A stretch of 64,000 bases of DNA from Candidatus Bathyarchaeia archaeon (GCA_049969855.1 JBMFOB010000004.1:11743-75742), one strand, 5' to 3'. Positions 10,055 to 20,950 are shown, counted from the first letter of the stretch. Program-made: numbers and translations. The notes: generated by a model not told the origin, from the sequence alone.

Positions 10055-10276
10055 ATGGCTGATTTAGAATTAGCTGTGGCTCCCATGCATAGAATATGCA
10101 AAAAGGCTGGAGCGGACAGAGTAAGCGAAGCAGCAGCCAAGGAACTTGCTAAAGCATTGGAAGAGATTGGCGTGAAAATCGCCAAAGAAGCCTTAGATTT
10201 TGCGATGCATGCTGGAAGAAAAACCATAAAAGCAGAAGATATTGAAATTGCTGCAAAAAAAGTTATGAGTCGATGA
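10055..10276 (+). CDS. Archaeal histone (HMf-like)
   Basis: [22 protein letters not shown]...[12 protein letters not shown]; GGAGG upstream. Confidence 0.95.
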   Translation: MADLELAVAPMHRICKKAGADRVSEAAAKELAKALEEIGVKIAKEALDFAMHAGRKTIKAEDIEIAAKKVMSR

Positions 10277-10323
10277 CTTCTTTTACAAGTATCTCCTTTC
10301 TTTTTCAAAGTCTAAAAATCATT

Positions 10324-11097
10324 TCATAATAGGCTTTGTGAAGAATCCCATAGAAACTGGAAGTAATCTCTTGCAAACTGTACTAAACCAATATGGTTGC
10401 TCCATATCACGAGGCTTGGTTTTTCCTCGCCTAAAAACAACATAGCTTCTTTTCCATCCACAATTATTCCGCCGCCAAACATTTTGTCTCTAACTCGCAA
10501 TTCGGCTAAGCCCTTAAACTTTTTAAGGCTCTTCCATTCTTCGGTTTTTCCAGCAACCATAAGTTTGATGTTCAAGTGGGCTTTCTGAAGGGTTTCTAAG
10601 GAAAGAGTTGTTAAAGCAAGTGTGTTTTTGGCGAATTTTGGTGCGGCTATCATTATTTCTTTCGCGGCTTTTCTTATGGTTTCCTCGAGCTTAGCCATAA
10701 CTGCTTGTTGACCGTGCAATATTAGTATGTCTGGATGTTCCACAAGCTCCCTTTTCTCGTATAATGGTTGCAGTTCGCTGGCGATTGTTTGTTCCCAACT
10801 TTTGTATTTGTCTTCAAGTTTAATTTTTGCTGCCGCTAAGGCTTCGAGGGGCGGTAATGGGTAGTATTTGTTTGGGCGGCTTTCTACAATTTTAATCCAT
10901 CCCTTTTCCTTGAGAGCGTTCAGAACTTCATAGATTTTTGAGTAGGGCACTTTTGTCTTCTTGCTTATTTCCATGGCTGTCATTTGTCCGCTTTCCAGCA
11001 GAGCAAAATAGGCTTCAACCTCGTATGTGTTTAACCCCATTTCCCGTAAAATCTGTTTACTATCCCCACTCATTTGCAACTTGAACCCCTCAATCAC
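10324..11097 (-). CDS. TrmB family transcriptional regulator
   Basis: GLNTYE..AY..L, VPYSKIYEVL..L..KGW, C-terminal effector domain (IIVDG). Confidence 0.9.
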   Translation of the reverse strand: MIEGFKLQMSGDSKQILREMGLNTYEVEAYFALLESGQMTAMEISKKTKVPYSKIYEVLNALKEKGWIKIVESRPNKYYPLPPLEALAAAKIKLEDKYKSWEQTIASELQPLYEKRELVEHPDILILHGQQAVMAKLEETIRKAAKEIMIAAPKFAKNTLALTTLSLETLQKAHLNIKLMVAGKTEEWKSLKKFKGLAELRVRDKMFGGGIIVDGKEAMLFLGEEKPSLVIWSNHIGLVQFARDYFQFLWDSSQSLL

Positions 11098-11173
11098 CTT
11101 ATGAAAAGTTTGGAAACCTTATTATATCCTTCCTTAAAATCTTCAAAACATTACTTAAAAGTGCGGTGAACAC

Positions 11174-12664
11174 ATGAAATTCATTAAAGAAACAGAAAGT
11201 TTGTGCCCAGAATGCCTAAAAGTATTAAAGGCTACAATCTTTGAAGAAGACGGCAAAGTTTACATAAAAAAGGAATGTCCACAACACGGCTTTTTCCAAG
11301 AAGTTTACTGGTCTGACTATGAACAGTATTTGCGAGCTGAAAAATTCAGATATGACGGCGATGGCTTAAACAATCCGAGAACAAAAACTGTTAACGGCTG
11401 TCCATACGACTGTGGCATATGCCCTCAACACAAGTCCCATACGGCTCTAGCAATAATTGATGTTACAAACCGATGTAACCTTAAATGTCCAGTTTGTTTT
11501 GCCAACGCTGCAGCTGCAGGATACGTTTACGAACCAACGAAAGAAGAAATTCGAGGCATGTTGGAAAATTTGCGCAAGAATGACCCTGTACCTGCTACTG
11601 CTCTTCAGTTTTCTGGTGGCGAACCAACCGTGCGTAATGACCTTTTCGAACTTATTCGAATGGCTAAGGAGCTTGGTTTTCGCCATGTTGAAGTTAATAC
11701 GAATGGGCTTCGACTTGCCCAAAGCGTTGATTATTGTAAAGGCTTGAAAGAAGCTGGAATGAGCACAGTTTATCTGCAGTTTGACGGGTTAACTCCTGAT
11801 GTTTACAAGTTTATTCGTGGAATAGACTTGCTGGACATTAAAATGAAGGCTATTGAAAATTGTCGCAAAGCCGGAATTGACAGCATAGTTTTGGTCGTCA
11901 CACTAATTAAGGGCGTAAATGACAGCCAACTTGGTGACATTATACGTTTTGCAGTGCAAAACTTCGATGTTGTCCGTTGCATAAACGTTCAACCCGTCTC
12001 CCTCTGTGGAAGGCTTCCCCAAACAGAGCGGGAGAAAATGCGCATCACAATCCCAGATTTCATGCGGTTGGTGCAGGAACAAACGAACGGCAAAATAAAA
12101 ATGTCAGACTTCTATCCGGTGCCAACAGTTGTGCCAGTTTCGAAAGCCGTTGGAGCCTTAAAAGGCAAAAGATATGTGGAGTTCACTGCGCATCCTCACT
12201 GTGGGATGGCAACATATATATTTGTTGAAAACGGCGAGATTGTACCGATAACGCATTATGGAAACGTGGATAATTTCATTAAAACAATGCAGAAAGTATA
12301 TGAGGATGCTTCAAAGGGAAACAAAAACAAGGCAAAACTGCGCTTGGTTGGAGCTTTGCGTCACATAAAATTCAGTTTCTTAAGAAAGCATGTTTGGGGC
12401 GTGCTAAAGGAGGGAAGTTACGAAGCTTTAGGAGATTTACAGAGAAAATCCATACTGCTTTCATCAATGCATTTTATGGACCCATACAACTTTGATTTAG
12501 AACGAGTCCAACGCTGCGTAATCCATTATGCAATTCCAGACGGACGCATAATTCCCTTCTGCACATTGAATTCAATTCACCGTCCAGAAATTGAGAAGAA
12601 ACTTGGAATGTCAATTAAAGAGTGGCAGGAAAAGCATAAGGTTGAAATAACCCAGTACGCCTAA
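11174..12664 (+). CDS. tes: Tetraether lipid (GDGT) synthase, radical SAM
   Basis: N-terminal CPEC..CPQHG, GCPYDCGIC, CNLKCPVC radical-SAM motif, HPHCG, FMDPYNFD..R..RC.IHY..DGRIIPFC. Confidence 0.88.
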   Translation: MKFIKETESLCPECLKVLKATIFEEDGKVYIKKECPQHGFFQEVYWSDYEQYLRAEKFRYDGDGLNNPRTKTVNGCPYDCGICPQHKSHTALAIIDVTNRCNLKCPVCFANAAAAGYVYEPTKEEIRGMLENLRKNDPVPATALQFSGGEPTVRNDLFELIRMAKELGFRHVEVNTNGLRLAQSVDYCKGLKEAGMSTVYLQFDGLTPDVYKFIRGIDLLDIKMKAIENCRKAGIDSIVLVVTLIKGVNDSQLGDIIRFAVQNFDVVRCINVQPVSLCGRLPQTEREKMRITIPDFMRLVQEQTNGKIKMSDFYPVPTVVPVSKAVGALKGKRYVEFTAHPHCGMATYIFVENGEIVPITHYGNVDNFIKTMQKVYEDASKGNKNKAKLRLVGALRHIKFSFLRKHVWGVLKEGSYEALGDLQRKSILLSSMHFMDPYNFDLERVQRCVIHYAIPDGRIIPFCTLNSIHRPEIEKKLGMSIKEWQEKHKVEITQYA

Positions 12665-12720
12665 GCTTAGAAAACCTAAAGAACTACAAGCACTCTTTCA
12701 GTTAATGGAAGCTGATTAGA

Positions 12721-13041
12721 ATGGGTGGCAAAAAGAAGCTTAGCTTAAAGCAAATGGAGCGTATGCAGCTTAAGAAGGATGAGGAAGAGAAAAAGAAAAA
12801 GGAAAAAGCAGCAGCACCTAAGGAGAAAAAGCCCTCCACAATAGTTCCGCCAGACCCAAAAAACGAAAAAATAGTGGGCGAATTAAAGAAAATGGGAGTT
12901 TTAACGCCTTACGCTGTCGCTTCCCGCTTTAATTTGCGAATAAGCGCAGCGAAAGACTTCTTGGAGCAGTTGGAGGATGAGGGCGTAGTTCAACTGGTCT
13001 CTGGAAGCCATAACATCAAAATATACAAGCCAATAGGCTAA
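12721..13041 (+). CDS. rps25e: 30S ribosomal protein S25e
   Basis: Lys-rich N-terminus, LTPYAVASRFNLRISAAK..L..L..EG winged helix. Confidence 0.9.
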   Translation: MGGKKKLSLKQMERMQLKKDEEEKKKKEKAAAPKEKKPSTIVPPDPKNEKIVGELKKMGVLTPYAVASRFNLRISAAKDFLEQLEDEGVVQLVSGSHNIKIYKPIG

Positions 13042-13105
13042 ACTCCTAGTTTGTTTTCTCTTTCCACTTGATTCTTTAATTGGGTATTTGGAGTTTGGAA
13101 TCTTA

Positions 13106-13588
13106 ATGGAAAAGTTTCCAGAGAGAATATACACCCATGAAGAGGTTAAAAAAGCTAAGGAGCTCATTGATAAAGGCTATAAACATCGTTTAAGAATTAA
13201 AGGAAACACTATTTTCAAGGAGAAGGCTCGCCAAGCCCTTAAACTTGTTAGAACAGCTGGCTACTATGACTTTTTAAGAACGTATATTCGCTGTATAGTG
13301 GAGATTGATGGTTTAACACAGCTTCGGGAGTCTGAAGCGTCCATTTGGGCAAATAGGTATGCAGTTGAAAACCCTGTTGATGCTGCAAGTCTATTTGTGC
13401 AGAAAGCGCATCATATGCGAGAATATCTTGAGGGTAAACTTTACTATGGGTGTGAAGCAGAAAAACGCTCTATGGGAAAACGCATAGAATTTCTTAAAGT
13501 GTTAAAAGAGAAAACTCGAGAAGACAAGATAAAAGTGGAATGTGAGAGGCTTCTGAAACTTTGGTATGAAAGCTCCATAGTTTATTAG
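13106..13588 (+). CDS. Conserved hypothetical protein
   Basis: Long ORF in operon orientation, no family recognised; ATG 13106 chosen as start. Confidence 0.7.
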   Translation: MEKFPERIYTHEEVKKAKELIDKGYKHRLRIKGNTIFKEKARQALKLVRTAGYYDFLRTYIRCIVEIDGLTQLRESEASIWANRYAVENPVDAASLFVQKAHHMREYLEGKLYYGCEAEKRSMGKRIEFLKVLKEKTREDKIKVECERLLKLWYESSIVY

Positions 13589-13648
13589 CTGTCGGCTTGA
13601 AAATTTTTGTTTAAATGAGTAGCTTTTTAAGTTAGTTAAACTAAAAAG

Positions 13649-16600
13649 TTGTTAAAATTTAAGGGGAATTTTTTGTCCTCTCGTGAATCTCTACAAAGCG
13701 GTAGATACGTTACTCTCAAAAAATTAGGAGAAGGCGGGAAAGGCATCGTATATAAGGCTAGAGACACTGCTTTGAACCGTATTGTTGCAATTAAGATGCT
13801 TAAAAGTGCAGTTTTAACTGAAGAGGCCTATTCCCGTTTTATGCGGGAAGCGCAGGCGGTAGCGAAACTTAATCATCCAAATATTGTTTCAATACATGAC
13901 ATCGGCAAAGAAGATGGAAAACAATTTTTTGTCCTCGAGTTTGTTGATGGAATGAGTCTACGCGAGCTTATGGGAACATATCCAGAAGGCAAATGCGACA
14001 TAAAAACTGTCCTAAGAATAGGCATAGATGTTTGCTCTGCGCTTCAGTATGCGCATTCTCAAAACATTCTCCATCGAGACATTAAACCTGAAAACATCAT
14101 GATCACACAGGAAGGCAATGTGAAACTGATGGATTTCGGTTTGGCAAAAATGCTGGGGCAGCCTAGGATAACGCAAGAAGGAGTAATAGTGGGCACAGTT
14201 GCCTATGTTGCGCCTGAAGTAGCATTAGGAAAAGGTGCTGACGCAAGATCTGACCTTTACTCCCTTGGTGCAGTACTTTATGAAGCTGTCACTGGAAGAC
14301 CACCTTTCATAGGCGAAGACTCCGTAAAAATTATCTTCAGTCACATTCATGACTACCCAATTTCGCCGAACAAGCTGAATTCGAAGGTTCCGCAGGCTTT
14401 GGCAGAGTGTATCATGAAGCTTCTGGAAAAGGAGCCAACGAAAAGATATCAGAGTGCAGCGGATTTGCTTAATGTGCTAAGAGAAATAGCTGAAGGCTTC
14501 TTAAGGGAGGTTTATGTTCCTTCTCATAAAACAAGCGTTGTGGTTCCACCTCAACGTCCTTTTGCTATGCGAGAGACTCAGCTTATCGATAGAGTTGAAG
14601 AGATGAATTTTCTCAGAGAGACTGTTGATAGGGCAGTGCGTCGTGAAGGTGGCCTTGTTTTTCTTTGTGGGGAGGCTGGAATTGGAAAGACAAGGTTAAC
14701 TAGGGAACTAGACGCTTATGCACGCTTGCGTGGAATGCAAGTTTTATACGGAAGGTGTCCAGCGTTGTTCAGAATGGATGGTGTGCCTCCTTATGTTCTG
14801 TGGAATGAGGTGATAAAAGATTATTTGCAAGTCTGCACTCCTGAGCAGTTGTATAAAGTGATTGGTTTCTATCCGAGCGAGGTTTGTAAGTTAGTTCCAG
14901 AAATCAGGCAGAAGCTTGGTACAATTCCTCAGTCTCTACCTATAAGTCCAGAGCAGGAGCGTGACAGACTTTTTGAAGCGGTTTCCCAGTTCATGATTAA
15001 CCTTTCTAAAGAGACTCCTTTGCTGATTATTCTTGATGATTTGCAATGGACTGATCAGTCCTCGCTTTTGTTACTGCATTATTTGGCTCGGGGTGTTTAC
15101 CGTGAGCCTTTGCTACTTTTGGGTGCGTACCGTGACACTGACATTGACGAACGGCATCCTTTGTCTCCTGTTTTGACAGAATTGAATAGGGAACGTTTGC
15201 TTCAATCCGCTCAATTGAAACGCATGTCTTTCAACGATGTTCAGGAGATGATTAAGCAGATTTTGGACCAAGACGATGTTCCAAGAGAGTTTTGTGAACT
15301 TGTTTATGAGAAAACGAGGGGTAATCCCTTCTTTGTTGAAGAAGTGATAAAGTCTCTCAAGGAAGAAGAGGTTATCTTTCGTGAGGAGAATCGTTGGAAA
15401 ATTAAGGAAGTTTCTAAAATTGAATTTCCTAAGACTGTTAAGAGTATTATAAAGGCGAGAATAAGTCGGCTTGATGAGGACTGCCAGAATATTTTGACTT
15501 TAGCTTCTTTTGTTGGGAACGATTTCTCTTTTGAAGCAATATGTGGGGTCATCAATATTGAAGAGAATAAATTGCTTGAGCTGATGGAGAAGTTGCTTAA
15601 AACTGGACTGGTTAAGGAGAGGGTTGTTCGCGGAGAAGATGTTTATTATTTTGCTGATGTGATAGTGAGGGATGTTGTGCACGAGGAAGTTAGCCATTTA
15701 AGGCATAAGAAACTTCACAGTAGTGTTGGTAACGCCTTAGAGAAGGTTTACGCTAAAAAGATTGACGAACACTTTGGCGAGCTTGCATATCATTTTCTCG
15801 AAGGCAGTGACAAAGAAAAGGCACTTGATTATTTCTTGAAAGCAGGAGAAAAAGCACAGACAGTATATGCCCACAATGAAGCCTTATCTTATCTCCAACA
15901 TGCGCTTGAACTGCTTAAAGAGAAGAGGGCCAGCCCAGAACAAAAGGTTCCCGTAGTTGAGAAACTCGGTGACCTTAACTATTGGATAGGAAAGCCTGAT
16001 GCTGGAATGGAATACTATGGCAAAGCGTTGACTTTGTGGGATCAGCTTGAAGACAAGAAGAATATCGCAAGGCTCCATACTAGAATGGCATTGATGCTTT
16101 GGCACGGATTGGGTGACAAGGTTAAAGCTTCCGAACATCATCATATGGCTTTGGAGATACTTGAGAAAGAACCCGAAAGCGTGGAGTTGGCTAGCTTGTA
16201 CGAAGATGTTTCACACATGCTTTGGCGAACTGGCAAATCTGATGAAGCCTTGATTTGGACACAGAAAGCCCTTGCACTGGCAGAGAAATTAAACGCCCCC
16301 GACGTTATAGCACGTTGTTACAACAATCTAGGCGTGCTTAAACTGAAGTCTGGAGAATTCGACAAGGCTGCAGAATACCTTAGGCAAGGATTAAAAATAG
16401 ACCTTGAGAACAAACTTCTAGGTGATGCTCTCACCTTTTACAATAACCTCTGCACCCTTTACCTCTCGACAGGAGAATTTCAGAAGTTGTTCGAGACTGC
16501 CCAAGAAGGCTCCGATATGGCCAAGAAAGTTGGTGCTTTGTATCCCTTGGCTTGGCTTGATATGATGCTGTGTGCTTCTTATGGATACAGGGGAGACCTG

Positions 16601-17332
16601 CAAAAAGCCCTTTCCCTAGCTGAGGACAATCTCGCATTGGTCAAGCGAATCAAATATACAGCTTTTATAGGAAGCGCATTGGGTACACTTGGCACATGTT
16701 ACCGTTATCTTGGAGAATGGGATAAGAGCCTTAATTACTTTAAGGAGTCCTTTGACCTTGCTAGGGAAGCTGGAGAGTATCAAGAAACTGGAAATGCCGC
16801 CTCAGAGCTTGGAATGCTATATATGGAAATGGAAGACTACGATGAAGCTGAGAAATACCTCAATGAAAGCGACAGCATTTTTGAGAAAGCAGGAGATACA
16901 GACAGTCAAATGACTACGCCACTACCAGCTCTTTCAAGACTATATTTGGAAAAAGGTGAAGTCGATAAAGCCACAGCTCTAATTGAGAAAATCTACGAAT
17001 ATGCAACAAAAGCCAAAAATCGATTGGCTATGTGTGATGCTGAGTTGTTGAAAGCAATGCTTTTTAGGGAAAAGAAAAGCTGGGGGCAATCTATACAGCA
17101 CTTTGAGAAAAGCCTTCAGGAAGCCAAATCCCTAAATATCCAAAATTGGCATGTCTTCCAATACGCAGAAATCCTATATGAATACGGTTTAATGTACCTC
17201 GAAAGAAACGAAGAAGGCGATAAAGAAAAGGCCTACTCGCTTCTCGATCAAGCTCTGATGATATACCAGAAAGCCGATGCGAAAAAGAGAATAGAAAAGG
17301 TAATAGCGAAAAAGAAACTGCTCACGGCTTAG
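13649..17332 (+). CDS. Ser/Thr protein kinase + AAA/STAND-type ATPase + TPR repeat protein
   Basis: GEGGKG, VAIK, HRDIKPEN, DFG, APE; Walker A GEAGIGKT and Walker B ILDDLQW; TRGNPFF; many C-terminal TPR-like repeats. Confidence 0.93.
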   Translation: MLKFKGNFLSSRESLQSGRYVTLKKLGEGGKGIVYKARDTALNRIVAIKMLKSAVLTEEAYSRFMREAQAVAKLNHPNIVSIHDIGKEDGKQFFVLEFVDGMSLRELMGTYPEGKCDIKTVLRIGIDVCSALQYAHSQNILHRDIKPENIMITQEGNVKLMDFGLAKMLGQPRITQEGVIVGTVAYVAPEVALGKGADARSDLYSLGAVLYEAVTGRPPFIGEDSVKIIFSHIHDYPISPNKLNSKVPQALAECIMKLLEKEPTKRYQSAADLLNVLREIAEGFLREVYVPSHKTSVVVPPQRPFAMRETQLIDRVEEMNFLRETVDRAVRREGGLVFLCGEAGIGKTRLTRELDAYARLRGMQVLYGRCPALFRMDGVPPYVLWNEVIKDYLQVCTPEQLYKVIGFYPSEVCKLVPEIRQKLGTIPQSLPISPEQERDRLFEAVSQFMINLSKETPLLIILDDLQWTDQSSLLLLHYLARGVYREPLLLLGAYRDTDIDERHPLSPVLTELNRERLLQSAQLKRMSFNDVQEMIKQILDQDDVPREFCELVYEKTRGNPFFVEEVIKSLKEEEVIFREENRWKIKEVSKIEFPKTVKSIIKARISRLDEDCQNILTLASFVGNDFSFEAICGVINIEENKLLELMEKLLKTGLVKERVVRGEDVYYFADVIVRDVVHEEVSHLRHKKLHSSVGNALEKVYAKKIDEHFGELAYHFLEGSDKEKALDYFLKAGEKAQTVYAHNEALSYLQHALELLKEKRASPEQKVPVVEKLGDLNYWIGKPDAGMEYYGKALTLWDQLEDKKNIARLHTRMALMLWHGLGDKVKASEHHHMALEILEKEPESVELASLYEDVSHMLWRTGKSDEALIWTQKALALAEKLNAPDVIARCYNNLGVLKLKSGEFDKAAEYLRQGLKIDLENKLLGDALTFYNNLCTLYLSTGEFQKLFETAQEGSDMAKKVGALYPLAWLDMMLCASYGYRGDLQKALSLAEDNLALVKRIKYTAFIGSALGTLGTCYRYLGEWDKSLNYFKESFDLAREAGEYQETGNAASELGMLYMEMEDYDEAEKYLNESDSIFEKAGDTDSQMTTPLPALSRLYLEKGEVDKATALIEKIYEYATKAKNRLAMCDAELLKAMLFREKKSWGQSIQHFEKSLQEAKSLNIQNWHVFQYAEILYEYGLMYLERNEEGDKEKAYSLLDQALMIYQKADAKKRIEKVIAKKKLLTA

Positions 17333-17336
17333 GCTT

Positions 17337-17723
17337 TTAACATCTCTCTACTCTTATTTTCGTTCCGCTTTTCACGTTACTGAACAATTCAAGGTTTTTT
17401 GTTACTTGTCCGAGGATGTTTACTGGGCTGTATGGCTGTGATTCTCCATAGAATATGCATATGGCGCTTCCCATGGGCCAAAAGGCTATTGCACCCTTTT
17501 CAACGGCACTTTTTGCTTTTTCTTCTCCCATTTTAATCGGTGTTTCAAAATAGACTTCCTCTTTCCATAGGGCGGCTCTGCCTTCTATTGGAAGTTTTCT
17601 AACAATCATGTCCACGGTTCTTGGCGCCAAAAAGCGTACGAGCTCTCCTTCCGCTTCCCCTAATCCTTCAATTACAAATTTTATTTTTACACGCGAAATC
17701 TCTTGCTCTTCACTGCTCACCAT
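17337..17723 (-). CDS. Cyclophilin-like fold protein
   Basis: APRTV..I...LPI, WKEEVYF, AFWPMG.AICIFYG..QPYSPVN. Confidence 0.8.
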   Translation of the reverse strand: MVSSEEQEISRVKIKFVIEGLGEAEGELVRFLAPRTVDMIVRKLPIEGRAALWKEEVYFETPIKMGEEKAKSAVEKGAIAFWPMGSAICIFYGESQPYSPVNILGQVTKNLELFSNVKSGTKIRVERC

Positions 17724-19047
17724 TTTCCACCTTTTTGAGAAATTCTTCCAATATTTGTTCAAGCGTTACTGGTCCTAACACTTGCAGTTCATATTTCACT
17801 CGCACTGTTGGCTTGTTCAGCGTCATAACCCTTCTCAAGTCGATGGGTGTTCCTATCACAACAACATCGCAAGGCGTTCGGTCAATTGTTTCTTTAAGTT
17901 CGGCTATTTGTTTCTCGCCATAACCCAAAGCGGGAAGGATTGGTCCTAAATGGGCATATTTTTTATAAGCTTCCCTTATTGAACCGACAGCGTATGGTCT
18001 CGGATCAACAATTTCGCCTGCTCCAGACTTTTTCGCCATTATAGTTGCAGCTCCATAGGGCATGTTTCCATGCGTCAATGTTGGACCGTCCTCGATTACT
18101 AGGACACGTTTTCCCTTAATCAGTTCAGGGTTGTCGGCTGTTACTGGCGAAGCTGCTTCCAATATTATGGCGTTTGGATTTACGCTTCTGACGTTTTCTT
18201 TAACTTTTTTCACGTTTTCTGGTTCTGCTGTGTCAACTTTGTTTATTATCACAACATTTGCCATTCTCAAATTAGCCTCTCCAGGATGATAAGTCAATTC
18301 GTGCCCTGCCCTATGGGGGTCAGCTACAACTATGTGCAAGTCTGGTTTGTAGAATGGTAAGTCGTTGTTGCCTCCATCCCAAACGATTATATCCGCCTCC
18401 TTTTCAGCTTCACGCAGAATCTTTTCATAGTCGACGCCTGCGTAAACAATTATGCCGTTGTCGATGTGGGGTTCGTATTCCTCTCTTTCTTCTATTGTGC
18501 ATTCGTATTTGTCTAAATCTTCATATGAGGCGAATCTTTGGCAAATCTGCTTTGTTAAGTCGCCGTAGGGCATTGGGTGTCTAATGGCGACAACTCTTAA
18601 ACCCTTGTTTTTGAGAATTTTTGCGACTTTTCTTGAAGTTTGGCTTTTTCCTGAACCAGTTCTAACAGCACCCACTGAAACAATTGGAACTTTTGCGTTC
18701 AGCATTGTTGTCTTCGGTCCCATTAAGCGGAAGTCTGCTCCGTTTGCCAATGCAATAGAAGCCTTGTGCATGACATATTCGTGAGAGACATCGCTGTAGG
18801 CGAAAACAACTTGGTCAACATCATGTTGCCGTATTAGTTTGGGCAGGATTTCTTCTGGATAAATTGGTATACCCTTTGGATAATTTGGACCTGCAAGCTC
18901 TGCAGGGTAAATTCTGCCTTCTATGCCGGGAATCTGCGTAGCTGTGAAGGCGATAACTTCATAGGCGTCATTGCTTCGGAAGTAAACATTGAAGTTGTGG
19001 AAGTCCCTACCCGCCGCTCCCATTATAATAACCTTAACTTTCTCCAT
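17710..19047 (-). CDS. Cyclic 2,3-diphosphoglycerate synthetase-like P-loop protein
   Basis: GAAGRDFHNFN, AVRTGSGKSQT, RHPMPYG, EEREEYE, DGGNND. Confidence 0.8.
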   Translation of the reverse strand: MEKVKVIIMGAAGRDFHNFNVYFRSNDAYEVIAFTATQIPGIEGRIYPAELAGPNYPKGIPIYPEEILPKLIRQHDVDQVVFAYSDVSHEYVMHKASIALANGADFRLMGPKTTMLNAKVPIVSVGAVRTGSGKSQTSRKVAKILKNKGLRVVAIRHPMPYGDLTKQICQRFASYEDLDKYECTIEEREEYEPHIDNGIIVYAGVDYEKILREAEKEADIIVWDGGNNDLPFYKPDLHIVVADPHRAGHELTYHPGEANLRMANVVIINKVDTAEPENVKKVKENVRSVNPNAIILEAASPVTADNPELIKGKRVLVIEDGPTLTHGNMPYGAATIMAKKSGAGEIVDPRPYAVGSIREAYKKYAHLGPILPALGYGEKQIAELKETIDRTPCDVVVIGTPIDLRRVMTLNKPTVRVKYELQVLGPVTLEQILEEFLKKVENGEQ

Positions 19048-19128
19048 AACACATTTCTCCTTGTGAGAATCTCTGACAAGTGGGTTCAATACTACTTAAT
19101 CATTCCATATAAACCTTAACATGCAATC

Positions 19129-20232
19129 CTATCCTATCATATGTAAAACTGTGTCGCCTATGAAATTTATTTGCTCTGTTGTGACGCCTGGGTGAACTGG
19201 TAATGAAAACACTTGTTTTGAGGCTTTCTCTGTTTCTGGAAGTCTATATTTTCCAAATTTTATGTAATAGGGCATGAGGTGCACTGGGTTCACGTAGTAT
19301 GCTTCTGCCCCTATTCCCCTTTGCCTCAATTCTTCTAAAATTTTGTTTCTTTCTTTTTCACTAGCGTTTTTTAGTCTAACCGTATAGAGGTACCAGCTGT
19401 GTTTGCAATCTTTTGTTTCTTTTGGTAGTTGTAAATTTTTTGTGTTTGTAAGTTTTTCCGTTAGTTTCATGGCGTTTTGGCGTCGTTTGGCTGAAAATTT
19501 TGGCAGTTTTTGAAGTTGCGCATATCCTATGGCTGCTTCTATTTCTGGCATACGATAGTTGTAGCCAAGCATAGTGGATTTGTACTTCTCCTGTTCGCCA
19601 TGGCTTCTCATTATGCGAATCTTTTCTGCAATCTCTTCGTTGTTTGTTGTTACTATGCCGCCTTCGCCTGTGGTAATGTTTTTGCTTGCGTATAAACTCC
19701 AACATGCAACATCAGCGAATTTTCCGACAGGTTTGCCTTTGTATGTTGCGCCGTGGGCTTGGGCTGCGTCTTCAATTATTAGTAATGCGTGTTTGTCGGC
19801 GATTTCCCTTATTGGTTGCATGTCAGCTGGTAAACCATAAAGGTCCACGGGAACTATGGCTTTTGTCTTTTTTGTAATTGCCTTTTCAATTTTTTTGGGA
19901 GAAATGTTGTATGTTTCTGGGTCTATGTCTACAAAGACTGGTTTCGCTCCAGCCATAAGGATAGCCTCGGCTGTTGCCACAAAAGTGAAACTTGGCAAAA
20001 TCACTTCGTCTCGTGGTTTTATTCCAGCCCCAATCATTGCTAAATGTAAGGCTGCTGTTCCGCTGTTTACGGCTATGGCATGTTTTGCTTCTGCGTATTT
20101 TGCGAAAGCTTCCTCAAACTTTTTGACCATGGGTCCAGCGCCGAGGGCGTGGGTCAATATACCACTTTTCAAAACTTCTGTTACGGCCTCAATTTCTTCC
20201 TTTCCAATTTGTGGAGCATTTATTGGAATCAT
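19129..20232 (-). CDS. DegT/DnrJ/EryC1/StrS family sugar aminotransferase
   Basis: NSGTAALH, IEDAAQAHGA, SLYASKNITTGEGG, GYNYRM. Confidence 0.93.
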   Translation of the reverse strand: MIPINAPQIGKEEIEAVTEVLKSGILTHALGAGPMVKKFEEAFAKYAEAKHAIAVNSGTAALHLAMIGAGIKPRDEVILPSFTFVATAEAILMAGAKPVFVDIDPETYNISPKKIEKAITKKTKAIVPVDLYGLPADMQPIREIADKHALLIIEDAAQAHGATYKGKPVGKFADVACWSLYASKNITTGEGGIVTTNNEEIAEKIRIMRSHGEQEKYKSTMLGYNYRMPEIEAAIGYAQLQKLPKFSAKRRQNAMKLTEKLTNTKNLQLPKETKDCKHSWYLYTVRLKNASEKERNKILEELRQRGIGAEAYYVNPVHLMPYYIKFGKYRLPETEKASKQVFSLPVHPGVTTEQINFIGDTVLHMIG

Positions 20233-20316
20233 AGGTTTTCACCGCCAAGTTAGGTATGCTGCTTGGTGTTAATAATTTCTGTGTTTGAATAAATTTTGGT
20301 TGTATTAAAAACTAAG

Positions 20317-20940
20317 TTAAATGGTTGGAAAAGTGTTTAAACTTTTGATTCTGTTTAGGAATTCCTCCATTTCTTTTTCCACTTCTTCCTTTCTCTTCGT
20401 CAAAAACTCTAACTCCTCAGATATTTCGTCTAACCATTCTTTCATGGCTAAATTGCATTCTTCCCGTGTCATTTTTGCAAGATATTTGGAAACATCTTCT
20501 GGATTGCGTTTTCTTAACAAGCGAAGGGGACAATTTATTCTTTGAAATTTTGAAAAAGAGAAGAAATGTCTGGTTGAACGTGGCTTCATGAGACGTCCAC
20601 TAAGCCCTGCTGAGAGAACCTTATCAACGGTTATTTCTTCGTCGGGATTGCCTATGTAACGGTGAATCCTTCTCCTTCCAACTCGTATTTTTGGATTTTG
20701 GAAGGCATCAACAAGTATGACTGGTATTAGTGTGTAGCCGAGGCTTTTTAAGGCGAGCCACCGGTGCATTCCGTCTAGGATTACATGGGTTTTTTCATCT
20801 GCTATTATTGGATACTTTAGTAAGCCGTCTCTAAGGATTTCTTGTTTAAGCAGTTCCAAATATAATGGAGAGCCTTTTTCGTGGGGTTTCAAAGAGTTTA
20901 TTGGAAGCAAAACAATTTTTAAATCCTGTTTTTCCGTCAT
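20317..20940 (-). CDS. ParB/Srx-fold protein, possible free L-serine kinase (SerK/SbnI-like)
   Basis: LKPHE, PII, ILDGMHRW, STRH motifs plus C-terminal coiled coil; kinase role is inference. Confidence 0.7.
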   Translation of the reverse strand: MTEKQDLKIVLLPINSLKPHEKGSPLYLELLKQEILRDGLLKYPIIADEKTHVILDGMHRWLALKSLGYTLIPVILVDAFQNPKIRVGRRRIHRYIGNPDEEITVDKVLSAGLSGRLMKPRSTRHFFSFSKFQRINCPLRLLRKRNPEDVSKYLAKMTREECNLAMKEWLDEISEELEFLTKRKEEVEKEMEEFLNRIKSLNTFPTI

Positions 20941-20950
20941 GTGCTTTACC

